Assembly (NCBI GenBank): GCA_030604525.1
Contig: JAUVVQ010000005.1
Location: 15,162-79,161 of the forward strand
Reading direction: 5' to 3'
Length of the DNA stretch: 64,000 nucleotides
Origin: Phycisphaerae bacterium
Lineage (GTDB): Bacteria > Planctomycetota > Phycisphaerae > Sedimentisphaerales > Anaerobacaceae
Part shown: piece by piece, positions 44,243-54,536 of the stretch
How positions within the stretch are numbered: the first letter of the stretch is position 1
How the letters are laid out: each line of letters begins with the position of its first letter
Notes under the pieces: model-generated
Databases searched by the model: none
What the model was told of the DNA's origin: nothing
What the model saw: only the letters and a program-made list of their open reading frames with translations
Program-made: the position numbers and the translations under genes

Positions 44243-45268
44243 TTTGGTTACTAACACGTCGTCCTCGATTCTGATACCGATTTGGGAGGGTATGTAAATA
44301 CCCGGTTCGATGGTGAAGATCATACCGGTTTTTATTTTGGTTTTGGTTTTTTTGGATATGAATGGTTTTTCGTGGACTTCCAGTCCGAGCCCGTGTCCGG
44401 TGCCGTGTTTATATACGGGTAAATCATATCCGGCGATGATTCCCCTGGCGGCGGTATCGACATCTGAAAGTTCTACGCCCGGTTTTATTGAATTAATTGC
44501 AGCGGCTTGAGATTCTTTTACTGCCTGGTACACTTGCTTGAAGAGTGAGCTTGCTTTCCCGACTGCAAAACATCTTGTAATGTCACAACAGTAGCTTTTG
44601 AATTTGACACCGAAATCGATGAGGATGGTATCGTTTTTTTTCAGCGTCCTTTTCCCCGGCTGGTGGTGAGGTCTGGAGCCGTTTGGGCCGAAAGCTGCGA
44701 TGGTCTCGAAACAATTTTTGGCGCCGAGTTTTCTTATCTCGAAGTCGAGTCTGCCTGCGAACTGGTTTTCGGTTATATTCGGCTTGAAATATTTCTTGGT
44801 TTCGTTAAGTGCTTTTGCAGCAATTTCTGCTGCTGCTTCGATATGTTTTATTTCCTGTTTGTCTTTGATGGTGCGTATGTTTTCGATGAGGTCGGCTTCG
44901 GTTTTTATTTTCGCTTTGATATTATTTTTTAATCTTCGAAATACTCCGAGCTTGACGGCGATTTCCAGGCCGGCGGTTTTGACGGATTTACCGGAATTTA
45001 TAATCTTGGCGGCAGCTTCAGGGAGGGATTTCTTCCGTTCGATTATTTTGCAGGCGGGACACTGTTTTTGCGCCTGTTCGGTATATCGGCTGTCCGTCAA
45101 GAGGTAAGCGCTTCTTTCAGTAATTATTACCCAGCTATCATCGCCTGTAAAGCCGGTTAAGTAGGTTATATTTGCCGGTTGTGTGACGAGCAGGCAGTTC
45201 AAATTCTTTTTGTCGAGCTTTTGCCGAAGCAGCTTTAGCCGGGTTTTTATAGTTTGCTCTTTGGGCAT
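44204..45268 (-). CDS. Xaa-Pro aminopeptidase / M24 family metallopeptidase
   Basis: N-terminal creatinase-like domain. Metal ligand contexts DFGVKFKSYCCDITR, HGTGHGLGLEVHE, EPGIY, IRIEDDVLVT. Confidence 0.9.
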   Translation of the reverse strand: MPKEQTIKTRLKLLRQKLDKKNLNCLLVTQPANITYLTGFTGDDSWVIITERSAYLLTDSRYTEQAQKQCPACKIIERKKSLPEAAAKIINSGKSVKTAGLEIAVKLGVFRRLKNNIKAKIKTEADLIENIRTIKDKQEIKHIEAAAEIAAKALNETKKYFKPNITENQFAGRLDFEIRKLGAKNCFETIAAFGPNGSRPHHQPGKRTLKKNDTILIDFGVKFKSYCCDITRCFAVGKASSLFKQVYQAVKESQAAAINSIKPGVELSDVDTAARGIIAGYDLPVYKHGTGHGLGLEVHEKPFISKKTKTKIKTGMIFTIEPGIYIPSQIGIRIEDDVLVTKTGCKVLSKACPK

Positions 45269-45542
45269 TATACCGAGTCCTTTAAAAAGTCTTATTAAAC
45301 TTATTAACCCTGCAGCTGCAAAAGATAAAGGAATTTTTTGTTAGAAATTCTTGAATTTGTCTTAGTATCGTTCATATTTTTTTAGGCGAGCAGTAACTTT
45401 TTTGCCGGTATTTTCTGCGGTAGGGATTTTTTAGGCCCTGTCTTAGGTTTATGTGTTCGGCTGTCTTTTTTTATATCTTGTCCTGGGGGTTTTCTCCTGT
45501 TAGAATACCTGTTTTTGAAAATTAAAAGCAGGAAACAGGTTT

Positions 45543-46754
45543 ATGATATTACCAATCCGAACAAGTATTCGCCCCTGGCGGACGCCATATGCGAATTATA
45601 GCTTGATAGTTATTAATGTGTTGATATTTTTTTTGACCTACGGCCCTCACTCTACGATGGTGCCCGGGTATGGTATCGTAAAAGAGCCGCTTAGAGAGTG
45701 GGCAAGTCAATTTATGCTGCACCCGTCTGACCCGACGCTCTGGCAGTTCGTGAGTTATGCGTTCCTCCACGGCGGTCTTTTGCATATTGGCGGGAACATG
45801 TTTTTCTTATATTTATTCGGCAACAATGTGAACGACAGGTTAGGTCATCTGAATTACATTTTACTTTATCTTGCCGGTGCGGTTTTCAGCGCTTTGGGTC
45901 ATATCGCTATCGGCAGTTTGTTTGGCTCGGAGGGTTTGAGTGCCCCCCTTTTGGGTGCCAGCGGTGCGGTTGCTGCAGTAATAGGTGCGTATCTTGTTCT
46001 CTTTCCCCAGACAGTTATTACCGTTGCTTACTGGTTTATCTTTATCGGCACTATAGATGTACCGGCTCTCTATTTCATCGCATTTAAGCTGATTGTGATT
46101 GATAATATACTAACGAGATATGCATCTAATATCGGCTATGACGCTCACCTTGCGGGCTATGCCTTTGGCGCTTCTGCTATGCTTTTAATGCTTGGGACGG
46201 GATTGCTTTCGAGCAGCGGTTATGATTTGTGGGCTATGCTAAGGCAATGGAATCGTCGTCGGCAATATCGGGATGTTGTCTCCGACGGCTATAATCCCTT
46301 CAGCGGCAGGACGGCTTCCAAGCATGTCAAAGCCAAAGAGGTTAAAGAAAGTCCCGAAGAGAAAGCACATACGGAGAAAGTAAAAAAGCTTCGTATGGAA
46401 ATAGCCGACTGTATTGCCCAGCGCAACTTATCCGCCGCTGCTCGGGCTTATCTGGAGCTGATAGATACGGATGCCAGGCAGGTAATACCAAGGCAGTATC
46501 TGCTCGATATATCCAATCAGCTTGCCAGTGAAAATAAATATGAAGAGGCGGCACAGGCCTATGAGCAGTTTCTCGAGCATTACCGCAACTATGAATATTC
46601 CGAACAGGTGGAATTGATGTTAGGCATCATTTATTCTCGTTACCTGCACAAACAGGAGTCAGCTATCCGGTATCTTGCCAGGGCAGTTGAAAAGCTTTCT
46701 GACCCGATGCAGATAAAGATGTGCAAGGACGAGCTTTCTAAATTGAGAGGGTAA
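45543..46754 (+). CDS. Rhomboid-family intramembrane serine protease with a C-terminal TPR-like domain
   Basis: GASGAVAAVIGAY (catalytic Ser), HLAGYAFG (catalytic His), multiple TM helices, and a helical repeat tail. Confidence 0.85.
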   Translation: MILPIRTSIRPWRTPYANYSLIVINVLIFFLTYGPHSTMVPGYGIVKEPLREWASQFMLHPSDPTLWQFVSYAFLHGGLLHIGGNMFFLYLFGNNVNDRLGHLNYILLYLAGAVFSALGHIAIGSLFGSEGLSAPLLGASGAVAAVIGAYLVLFPQTVITVAYWFIFIGTIDVPALYFIAFKLIVIDNILTRYASNIGYDAHLAGYAFGASAMLLMLGTGLLSSSGYDLWAMLRQWNRRRQYRDVVSDGYNPFSGRTASKHVKAKEVKESPEEKAHTEKVKKLRMEIADCIAQRNLSAAARAYLELIDTDARQVIPRQYLLDISNQLASENKYEEAAQAYEQFLEHYRNYEYSEQVELMLGIIYSRYLHKQESAIRYLARAVEKLSDPMQIKMCKDELSKLRG

Positions 46755-46918
46755 GGATGTTTTCTTCAATTACGCCGGTTTTGCCACTGTAAAAGCTGCT
46801 GGATTTTGCGGATTGCCGGTGCTTTGCTGTGATAAAAGGGTTGACAACTTTCCATACTACCGCTAATCTGAAATACGACAGGTTTAAGAAGTTCGTTAAC
46901 AACCCATATTTGGGAGAT

Positions 46919-48085
46919 ATGAAAATGCAATCACGTATAAGCTTATCGATTTTGTTAATTGTATCACTTTTTGCAGGGACATTATGTGCCCAGGAAAACG
47001 CTGTTTTGCCCGAAGGCGAGGGCGGCTTGGGGAATGATATTCGCAGCTTTCCGTATTCTGCGGAGTTGACAGGAGGTGGTGTATATATTCGTTCAGGGCC
47101 CGGGACCAACTTTTATGAGTGCGGTCAATTAGATGAAGGTTATAAAGTCAAGGTAGTCAGTGCCCAGCATGGCTGGTCGTGTATCGTTCCTGTTGAGGGC
47201 AGTTTCTCGTGGATTTCGAAACAGTATGTGACAGTTGACCCCAACAAGCCGAAGACAGGTGTTATAACCGGTGATTCCGTCAGCGTTTATACCGGTTCTG
47301 AAAATGTTCAACCTCTTTATTCCACGACCAGACAGGGGAAACTTGACAGCGGCGATAAAGTTAGTCTGCTCGGCGAAGAGAAGGATGGTTATTATAAGAT
47401 TGCTCCGCCGGAATTTGCTTATCTTTGGATAAGCTCTCGATATTTAAAACCACTGGATAGTTCTGTTGAAACTCTCAAGAGCGTGAAAACTAAAAGCAAA
47501 CCCGAGGTGACAGTCCTCCTCGAACAGGGCGGCGCCAAAGAAAACAAGAAACTTGAGGAATATTACACTTTGGAAAAGCAGGTTAAGGCAGAGGCAAAAA
47601 AACCGATAGGACTGCAGGATTACAGCAAGGTAAAGGAACAGATGCAGAAACTGGCCGGTGACAAAGGAGCCGGCAAGGCCAGTAGATATGCCGAGTTTAC
47701 TCTCAAGCGGATAGAATGTTGCGAACTGGCTTTGAAGGTAGAGAAACAACTGCAGATGCAGGATAAGAAGCTTCAGAATATCGAAAATCGCATAGCCAGA
47801 GCACACGCCGAGAAGCTTTCCCAGGTGCAGGACCTTGGTAAGTTTGCTGTCGTCGGAACTCTGAGGACTTCGGAGGTTTACGGTTCAGAAGAAGCGCTCA
47901 GGCACTATCGAATTGTTGAGCAGACAGGCAGTACCGTCTGTTATGCGTTGCCGACAGGTCGGGCGAAGAATATGGATTTGGAAAAATTCATCGGCAAAAA
48001 GGTCGGTCTTGTTGGAACTATATTGCCCCACCAGCAAACCAACGAGGCACTGGTTAAATTCACGGACATTCAGGTAATACGGTAA
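46919..48085 (+). CDS. Secreted bacterial SH3-domain protein with a coiled-coil C-terminus
   Basis: The start at 46919 has a GGGAG SD. Signal peptide present. Two SH3_3-like segments (GGVYIRSGPGTNFYECGQLDEGYKVKVV and DKVSLLGEEKDGYYKI). Confidence 0.6.
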   Translation: MKMQSRISLSILLIVSLFAGTLCAQENAVLPEGEGGLGNDIRSFPYSAELTGGGVYIRSGPGTNFYECGQLDEGYKVKVVSAQHGWSCIVPVEGSFSWISKQYVTVDPNKPKTGVITGDSVSVYTGSENVQPLYSTTRQGKLDSGDKVSLLGEEKDGYYKIAPPEFAYLWISSRYLKPLDSSVETLKSVKTKSKPEVTVLLEQGGAKENKKLEEYYTLEKQVKAEAKKPIGLQDYSKVKEQMQKLAGDKGAGKASRYAEFTLKRIECCELALKVEKQLQMQDKKLQNIENRIARAHAEKLSQVQDLGKFAVVGTLRTSEVYGSEEALRHYRIVEQTGSTVCYALPTGRAKNMDLEKFIGKKVGLVGTILPHQQTNEALVKFTDIQVIR

Positions 48086-48116
48086 AGTAGAAGCAAGATA
48101 TCGGGCTTTGGGTTTT

Positions 48117-49565
48117 TCAACCTGTGCGGAGTTGCCTTAGTATATCCCAGTACGCTCCCTGAGCGCCTTTTTTGATTGCTTTTATTAACTCTGTATTTTG
48201 ATTGTAGTTGTAGTCGGCTTTTTTGCTTTCTTCGTTGTTTTTTTCCGGGGGGACGGCGGAGAAAAAGAATCTTTTATCGCCGTCGATAATATCCTTAATA
48301 AGCTGCGCCGGTTGTGGACCTAATGTTTCTGATATATAAAAGGTGGGTTTGAAAAGGTTAACCGGTCCGTCGTAATTTCGGTAAATGTTATGGTTATCAT
48401 CCAGCGGGGTTTGAGCGGCGGCCATCTTAGCCATAGAGGTATTTGGATAAAGACGTATTCCTAAAGCGGCACCCGCACAATCAGGATTGATTTTTTTAAC
48501 GAAGTCAATCGTCTCTTTTGCGGTTTGTGCTGTTTCGCCGGGCCCGCCGATGAGCAGGTCCAGCATAACCTTTATATCGTTTTCTTTACAAAGAGTAACT
48601 GCTTTTGCTATATCCTGTTTTGTATGCTGCTGGCGGTATGTTCGAAGCATTTTGGTATTTGCGGAATCTGCGGTAAAGTCGATTCCGGCGCATCCTGCCT
48701 TGCTCATTGCTTCAGCCATTTGGGCGTTGAAGGGGACGGTAGCCATATAGGTGAACCATTTCAGCCGATTTGCGAAGTTACGTCGGATAAATTCCCGACA
48801 TACAGCGAGTGCGTGTTCGGGAGGCACATTGAATTCCGAATCGCAGATATGCAGGACATCAATGCCTCTATCGAGCAGGTTTTGAACTTCGTCGGCTACT
48901 TCTTTCGGTTTTCTTGTTCTAACTTTCGTGCCTTTAGCAAGCGGGTCGGCACAATAGATACACTTTCGATTGCAGCCACGTTTTGTTTCCAGTCCGCATT
49001 GGCCTGCTTTTTTGAAATAGGTTAAATTGTCAACAAAGCTTCGGTCGGTGGTCAGGGAGAGATTTTCAGGCCAGGCGGGAGGATTGCAGCGAATTTCCCC
49101 ATTTTTCCGCCAGGTCAGGCCGGCTATCCTGTCGAAATTTTCTTTACCACGCAGCTCCTGCAGAAGAAGCAGGATTGCTTTTTCGCCGTCACCCCGGATG
49201 CCGAATTCGACATCGGCATATCTTACAAGCTGCTCGGCAAATATGGAGAAGCCCACACCGCCGAGGACTATGGGGGCAAAGCTGAGATTGCGAACGGCAT
49301 TTACTGTTTTTTTCAGGTCAGGAGCGAACCATTGAGCGCTCGGCCAAAAACAGTCATCCACATTGCGAAACGAGAGCCCAATCAATTCCGGGTTGTGAGT
49401 GGCGAAATAGCTTCTAAGTTCTGTATTGCTGTCATCGCAGAGGCATAAATCCAGGATATCTACATCGATACCTTCCTTGCGGAGAGCACCTGCGATGTAG
49501 TCGAGTCCAACCGGAGCGATTGGAGGCTGCATTTGATTTGTATTTATTAAGGTTAACATTATCAA
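48117..49565 (-). CDS. B12-binding-domain radical SAM protein
   Basis: N-terminal Rossmann-like B12-binding-type region. CNRKCIYCAD (CxxxCxxC) radical SAM cluster motif. Confidence 0.85.
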   Translation of the reverse strand: MIMLTLINTNQMQPPIAPVGLDYIAGALRKEGIDVDILDLCLCDDSNTELRSYFATHNPELIGLSFRNVDDCFWPSAQWFAPDLKKTVNAVRNLSFAPIVLGGVGFSIFAEQLVRYADVEFGIRGDGEKAILLLLQELRGKENFDRIAGLTWRKNGEIRCNPPAWPENLSLTTDRSFVDNLTYFKKAGQCGLETKRGCNRKCIYCADPLAKGTKVRTRKPKEVADEVQNLLDRGIDVLHICDSEFNVPPEHALAVCREFIRRNFANRLKWFTYMATVPFNAQMAEAMSKAGCAGIDFTADSANTKMLRTYRQQHTKQDIAKAVTLCKENDIKVMLDLLIGGPGETAQTAKETIDFVKKINPDCAGAALGIRLYPNTSMAKMAAAQTPLDDNHNIYRNYDGPVNLFKPTFYISETLGPQPAQLIKDIIDGDKRFFFSAVPPEKNNEESKKADYNYNQNTELIKAIKKGAQGAYWDILRQLRTG

Positions 49566-49636
49566 AGAATATATATCAGTTATTTTTCCGTGTCAATTTG
49601 CCTTTTTTTTCGGGCTGCAGTTGTTGTTTTTCCGGC

Positions 49637-49776
49637 CATAGGGGCTGAGTTTGAAATTGGGTTCTATTGGCTTTGTTTTTGTGGCTGTTGCGAAGGGGAA
49701 TATTGATGTAAGGTTTTATCAAGACAGGAGTTATGTTCGTTGCGGCTTTTCGGAAATTGGGTTTGTTTTGCATAAA
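49637..49776 (+). repeat. Dispersed intergenic repeat family, copy A
   Basis: CATAGGGGCTGAGTTTGAAATTGGGTT...GATGTAAGGTTTTAT...CGGAAATTGGGTTTGTTTTGCATAA. About 80% identical by eye to the reverse complement of 61635..61770. Shares its 5' end with 63941..64000. Confidence 0.75.
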
Positions 49777-50353
49777 AAAGTTTGGTTTGTAGAGTTCTCT
49801 CTACAGATGTAGAGCAAAATCGTCGCTTGTCGCTGGTATTTAGTCGCCAGTTGCCAGTTGTTAGTTGACAGACGATAGGGGGCAGAAGACAGATGACAGT
49901 TGCTAGTTGATTATTCATCATAAACCATTTCCCAACAATTAAATATGGTTTGGCCTGTTTTCGGCCGGGGGCAAAAAAGAAAGCCCTCTATATTAGGGGG
50001 GACCCGTGCATTTGGTACGAAAAAGATGGATTTTTTGCGGTTCAAGAAAACGGAAGTGATTGTGTGATAAGGAGATAAAAATTTTGAAAAAATGGATTTT
50101 TGTTCTTAATCCCCTGCGCGTTTGGTCGAATTTAAGTAAAAAATTAGACGCGGATTAACGCGGATTTTATATATCAAAAATAATTTATTGTATAATTAAA
50201 AAAACTGCGGTAAATTGAGGTTTTAGGAAAAAGAAGTATAATTGTAAATTACACCTACGGAAGTGGAAATTTCATTGGATTATTTGAAAAAATAGGTGAC
50301 TGTCCCTAGTTTTTCTAGTTTTTCCGTGAAAATTTGAAAAGGAAAGTTTTCAA

Positions 50354-51178
50354 ATGATATATGAGATATTGCTTCTTGTCCTCTCCTTGTTTTCGTTAGT
50401 ATGTATTTTTATTTGCCTTTACTGGTGTACGGGTACAGTGATCTTGAAGCCTGACTTTTATTCGAGGCAAGTGTGGAGGGCGAATCATAGAATACTAACT
50501 AATATAATAGGTGTTGGCGGGCTTCTCGGTTCGTGCCTTGTCATCGCAATAGGCACCTTTAAATTGATAGGGGTCTTATCATTCTTGCCATGGCCTGCCA
50601 TAGAATCTTTTCTTTCGTATTTGCCAGGGGTTTCCTTAGAAACTGATAGAGAACTTCCCCTGTGGGAAAGTGTGAGGTTCTTTTGTTCGTTTGTATTTGG
50701 GTTTATTGTTACATTTACACTTTGGAATATACTTGATGAGTTTATTGGCATTAAGACAAATCAAGACAGAGAAAAGAACATTCAACACCGATTAAAACGG
50801 TTAAGGAGACATTACTTATATGTCCCTTACGAGTGGACCAAAGAGGAATATGAAGCGGATGATGACGAAGATACTTCAGTTGATATAGAAACTCATATAG
50901 CTTTCTTAAAAGGTGAGCTTGTTGATGAGGCTGAAAGGGAAAAAATTGAACGTTCGCATGCTGCTATGGAGGAAATAGATAAACGCAACGAAGCTGAGTG
51001 GGAAGAAATCAAACGTGCTGCTACTGATAAAGTGAAAGCTGAAATTGATGAATCCAAAAAGAAAATAAATTTTGCAAAGAAAAATGGTTTTTTGATGGTC
51101 AAGGAAGACGAACTGGAAGCGTTACACAGGCTTCTGGATGAAGTTTCAGATGAGGATAAAGAAACAAAATCCACTTAA
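50354..51178 (+). CDS. Hypothetical membrane protein with an acidic coiled-coil tail (274 aa)
   Basis: ORF with four predicted TM helices followed by a Glu/Lys-rich C-terminus. No domain recognised. Confidence 0.5.
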   Translation: MIYEILLLVLSLFSLVCIFICLYWCTGTVILKPDFYSRQVWRANHRILTNIIGVGGLLGSCLVIAIGTFKLIGVLSFLPWPAIESFLSYLPGVSLETDRELPLWESVRFFCSFVFGFIVTFTLWNILDEFIGIKTNQDREKNIQHRLKRLRRHYLYVPYEWTKEEYEADDDEDTSVDIETHIAFLKGELVDEAEREKIERSHAAMEEIDKRNEAEWEEIKRAATDKVKAEIDESKKKINFAKKNGFLMVKEDELEALHRLLDEVSDEDKETKST

Positions 51179-51257
51179 ATCACATAGGCTCTTACTTCTC
51201 GGTCTCGGTGTGGTGGTGCCTAAGAAGGAAACGATAAAGTTTTTTGAAAGAATTCTT

Positions 51258-52070
51258 ATGGAAATCGTTGGATGGATTATATGGGGGATTGCATGTTTGT
51301 TTTGTTGTGGTACGGGATTTGGTGCCTTATATGTAGAGGTTTTTAAACTCAACCCCTTTCCATACGGACCTGAGCGTAGGTTATCACCTAATGCACGGAA
51401 GGTATTCGCTTGTCTAACTATTTTGGTTGATATCGCTGGATTGACTATAACTGCTGTTACGGATATTTCTAAGTTACATTTGTTATGGTTCATCCCATTG
51501 AATATGCTTCTTTCAAGTGTATGGTATCAATGGAAGTATGTACAACCCCAAACAGCACAAGCGCACCGAAACACGAAAATCAGCTTACGTCCTAAGAAGG
51601 TTATTGGCCCGGATTCTCGGCTTAAAAAATATCCGTTCCTGTACTTATATTTTGATAACTTTAGTGAGATTGCCATCGCTTGGAAAGAAGAAGCTATTTG
51701 CTTATTACTATTGGCCGACAATTATCCTGAAAGACGTGAGCAAATATATGAAATTACAGGTTTCTTTGACCATCCTTCTGATAAAGAAATGCTAAATCCA
51801 ATGAATAATGAAAATCTTGATAAAATAATGGCCGATGAAGATGTTTTTCTTCAATTATATGAAGCTGAGCTTTTAAAACTTAAGCTGTGGAATGGTGAAA
51901 CTTTGTGCCGGACTGACGGCAACTATTATTGGGACAGAATAATTCATCCCGACGAATATACAGATAAATCACCATCTACCCGCTATAACAACCCATATTT
52001 TAACGACTTTGCCACAAGAACAAATGATAAATTGACAGCTATCAAATTACGATATGGCTTAACTGGATAA
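51258..52070 (+). CDS. Hypothetical membrane-anchored protein
   Basis: ORF. The start was chosen at the internal Met that precedes the hydrophobic N-terminus MEIVGWIIWGIACLFCCG. No domain recognised. Confidence 0.45.
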   Translation: MEIVGWIIWGIACLFCCGTGFGALYVEVFKLNPFPYGPERRLSPNARKVFACLTILVDIAGLTITAVTDISKLHLLWFIPLNMLLSSVWYQWKYVQPQTAQAHRNTKISLRPKKVIGPDSRLKKYPFLYLYFDNFSEIAIAWKEEAICLLLLADNYPERREQIYEITGFFDHPSDKEMLNPMNNENLDKIMADEDVFLQLYEAELLKLKLWNGETLCRTDGNYYWDRIIHPDEYTDKSPSTRYNNPYFNDFATRTNDKLTAIKLRYGLTG

Positions 52071-52150
52071 AAATATTTTCAGAAACAAAATTTTTAAACT
52101 GAATATTTGTTCAGCTTAAATGTGGTAATGTTGGGAAGGAGTGATGACTG

Positions 52151-52309
52151 ATGAATAAAAAACAAACAATTTGTATGTGGATAGGAATTGTGCTTTTTGT
52201 TTTTTTCACAATAGCAACACCTAACTTTTTTAGAGACAAAGAATCTTACCAAGGCTGGTTACGTTATGGGCGCTTATATATTTATAAAGAATATAGTACG
52301 AATAACTAA
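52151..52309 (+). CDS. Possible small membrane protein (52 aa; below the ORF-track length cutoff)
   Basis: A strong SD (GGAAGGAG) lies about 10 nt upstream of the ATG. One hydrophobic helix (ICMWIGIVLFVFFTIA). Overlaps the annotated start of the next ORF. Confidence 0.25.
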   Translation: MNKKQTICMWIGIVLFVFFTIATPNFFRDKESYQGWLRYGRLYIYKEYSTNN

Positions 52310-52991
52310 TGCTATAAGAAAGAAAGGTGGCCTTGAAGTCAATTTAGCTGCCATCGACCCAGACTTGCAGGAAGACTTTATAGTTTATTTTCATTCTGTT
52401 ATATCACAAAGAAAAGCCATTAATAAAACACTTTTAGGGCGAATTGCTAAAGGATATGCTGATATAGATGAAGCAATGCGACTCTATACATGGAATTGCA
52501 CTTATATTGCGGTAAAGGAAGCAGCTAATGATTATCTATCAGAAAAAATAAACGCAAAGAAATTCTTAGCTATAACTAAGATAGATACTATGATGTATAA
52601 TTCTCAAATAAGTACTGCTATTGGTTTGTTAGAAGCAGGTAGAGTTAGGGAGCTTGCTAATTATGTTGCTTACAACAATACGTTAGACATGCATAGAGCT
52701 TATAAAATAACAGAGCTTTCATGTATTGAGCGAGAACCGGGGCATAGGTTCCTAAAGGTTTATGCCCGTGCTATTGTTAGGCCTGAAGTGATTTATAGAC
52801 GAGGCATAAGACATCTTTTGGGAGGGCTGAGAGATGGTGGTCGAGCAAAAAGAGGCTTAATTAATATAGCAGAGTACTCAGTAGTTTCTATGGTAACTGG
52901 CAGTGTAAAGATAATCTGTATTGCGATAGGGTGGTTAATAGTTCCAATAGTGTACTGGACGGTAAACCATTTTCGCAAAGGTATTGATTAA
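52266..52991 (+). CDS. Hypothetical protein with a C-terminal TM helix (241 aa)
   Basis: ORF only. The start is uncertain. Confidence 0.4.
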   Translation: MGAYIFIKNIVRITNAIRKKGGLEVNLAAIDPDLQEDFIVYFHSVISQRKAINKTLLGRIAKGYADIDEAMRLYTWNCTYIAVKEAANDYLSEKINAKKFLAITKIDTMMYNSQISTAIGLLEAGRVRELANYVAYNNTLDMHRAYKITELSCIEREPGHRFLKVYARAIVRPEVIYRRGIRHLLGGLRDGGRAKRGLINIAEYSVVSMVTGSVKIICIAIGWLIVPIVYWTVNHFRKGID

Positions 52992-53087
52992 CCTCGCAAA
53001 AATCAACTTCCATGCTTTTACTCCTTGGGTTGGGTGAGATATTTTTGCGAAAAAGACAATGTAATAACAAATAAAGATGCAAATTGA

Positions 53088-53588
53088 ATGACACAATATT
53101 GGGCAGAAATATTAAAAATGTTTGCTGAAATCCTACCCGTGCTGATTGGAGGTCTATGCGCCATCGCAGGCAGTTTTTTAAGCACATGGTATCTGGTAAA
53201 AAAAGCACGCAATATACGCATGGAAGAAACCATAGCTGAAAAGCAAGTTGAGATATGCAGGGAGGCACTGTCAGCAATTGGCTATCTACGTTCTTTATTG
53301 CTACAGGGAACCCTTAAGGACTCTCTGGACTTTATGCTAAAACACGATAAATGGTTCTGGGATAGCCGAGCTTTCCTACCACATAAGTTTTTAGACAACT
53401 GGCTGTCAATCAAGTTGAATTTACAAAAGGTTGTACGAACGCAAAAAAATCGTACAGGCGAGAATGCCGTCGAGAAGGTAGATAAATATGAGGAATTTAT
53501 CAATAAATTAGCCTGCGATGCAGAAACGGAAATTCTTAGTGTGTTAAGTTTGCCGCCTATAACAATACATCATTTGCCGAAGACTTAG
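53088..53588 (+). CDS. Hypothetical protein with an N-terminal TM helix (166 aa)
   Basis: ORF only. Confidence 0.45.
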   Translation: MTQYWAEILKMFAEILPVLIGGLCAIAGSFLSTWYLVKKARNIRMEETIAEKQVEICREALSAIGYLRSLLLQGTLKDSLDFMLKHDKWFWDSRAFLPHKFLDNWLSIKLNLQKVVRTQKNRTGENAVEKVDKYEEFINKLACDAETEILSVLSLPPITIHHLPKT

Positions 53589-53668
53589 AATCAGTTGAAT
53601 TTGTGACGTAGGTGGTTTACTGTTATCCTCTTTTTCTTATTCTTTCCCCGTTGAATCGCTTCTGCCTC

Positions 53669-53700
53669 GCCGTGGCCGGGGCACGGCTGGCGTTTTATTT
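53669..53700 (+). terminator. Hairpin plus T-run terminator
   Basis: GCCGTG-gccggg-CACGGC, followed by TGGCGTTTTATTT. Confidence 0.4.
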
Positions 53701-54324
53701 GGGGGAATTCAGATGTGCTTTACAGGATTGAATTGCCTGCGATAAGCCGGAGGTAACGGCGGCGATGCTGTTTATCTGCTGTAAAGATATTTCTTCTTGA
53801 GACGGCAGATAAATTAGAACGAAGCCCGCTGTCTGGCCGTTTTGTCCAAGCGGCACGGTTGCCGCAGATAAGCGAGCTAATATTTGGGGATTGAGATGAA
53901 GGCCAAGTGGTAAAAGCTCCTGGAGCGTACAGATTTTATTTGCCTTGTTGATGTTGTCTATTACTTCCGGCGTGAAGGAATCGAGGAAATTATTCTGCCG
54001 GTCTGTGTCCTGGTTTGTGTTTTCGAGTAAATGCGATTCGAGGAGCTGTCCGGTCTTTATAAAAAAAACAACGTTCGAGTCGGGGATTCTCGTTTGAATA
54101 ATTTTGCCTGTTTTGTTTAAAAGGGAAGAAAGCTCTGTAGTCCCGATGATGGTTTCGTAGAAGTCCGCTGCAAAAGCGATGGTCTCTAATCTTTTGATAA
54201 AGTTTCTTTGAGCTTCCACGAAGTCATTACAGAGTATGTCAATTTTTTTGGCCTGCCGTTTGCGTTCTTTATTAAGCGTCTTGACCAGTTTTCTAACTCT
54301 TTTATTTCGTTTTGAGATGTTCAT
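53695..54324 (-). CDS. Hypothetical protein (209 aa, basic N-terminus, possible GAF-like body)
   Basis: ORF lying downstream of the histidine kinase gene on the same strand. The domain call is tentative. Confidence 0.45.
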   Translation of the reverse strand: MNISKRNKRVRKLVKTLNKERKRQAKKIDILCNDFVEAQRNFIKRLETIAFAADFYETIIGTTELSSLLNKTGKIIQTRIPDSNVVFFIKTGQLLESHLLENTNQDTDRQNNFLDSFTPEVIDNINKANKICTLQELLPLGLHLNPQILARLSAATVPLGQNGQTAGFVLIYLPSQEEISLQQINSIAAVTSGLSQAIQSCKAHLNSPK

Positions 54325-54536
54325 AAAGCCCCCGGTTGGAGAGTATTACATTTATAATGACTTGTCCGTATTTGTAGTCGGCTTAGAAGCAGGCGTGCTT
54401 TAGCGTAATGACGATATTAAGCCGGGCTTTGAGTGAGACCTATAAATATTCGAGTAACAGGTTTGCTGGTTATGCAGATTTGCCTGTGGGGAGATTTTAT
54501 TTTTTTGGGTGGGTGGATAGGGTTATTTTTTCGGAC

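Noticed and set aside
49576-49921. ORFs 49576..49773 and 49664..49921 and their look-alikes 61591..61779 and 61637..61939, which encode similar peptides (MQNKPNF... and MQNKTNL...).
   Set aside because: The similarity comes from copies of a dispersed DNA repeat in opposite orientations. The sequences are low-complexity, have no SD and sit in intergenic gaps. They are treated as repeats, not as a protein family.
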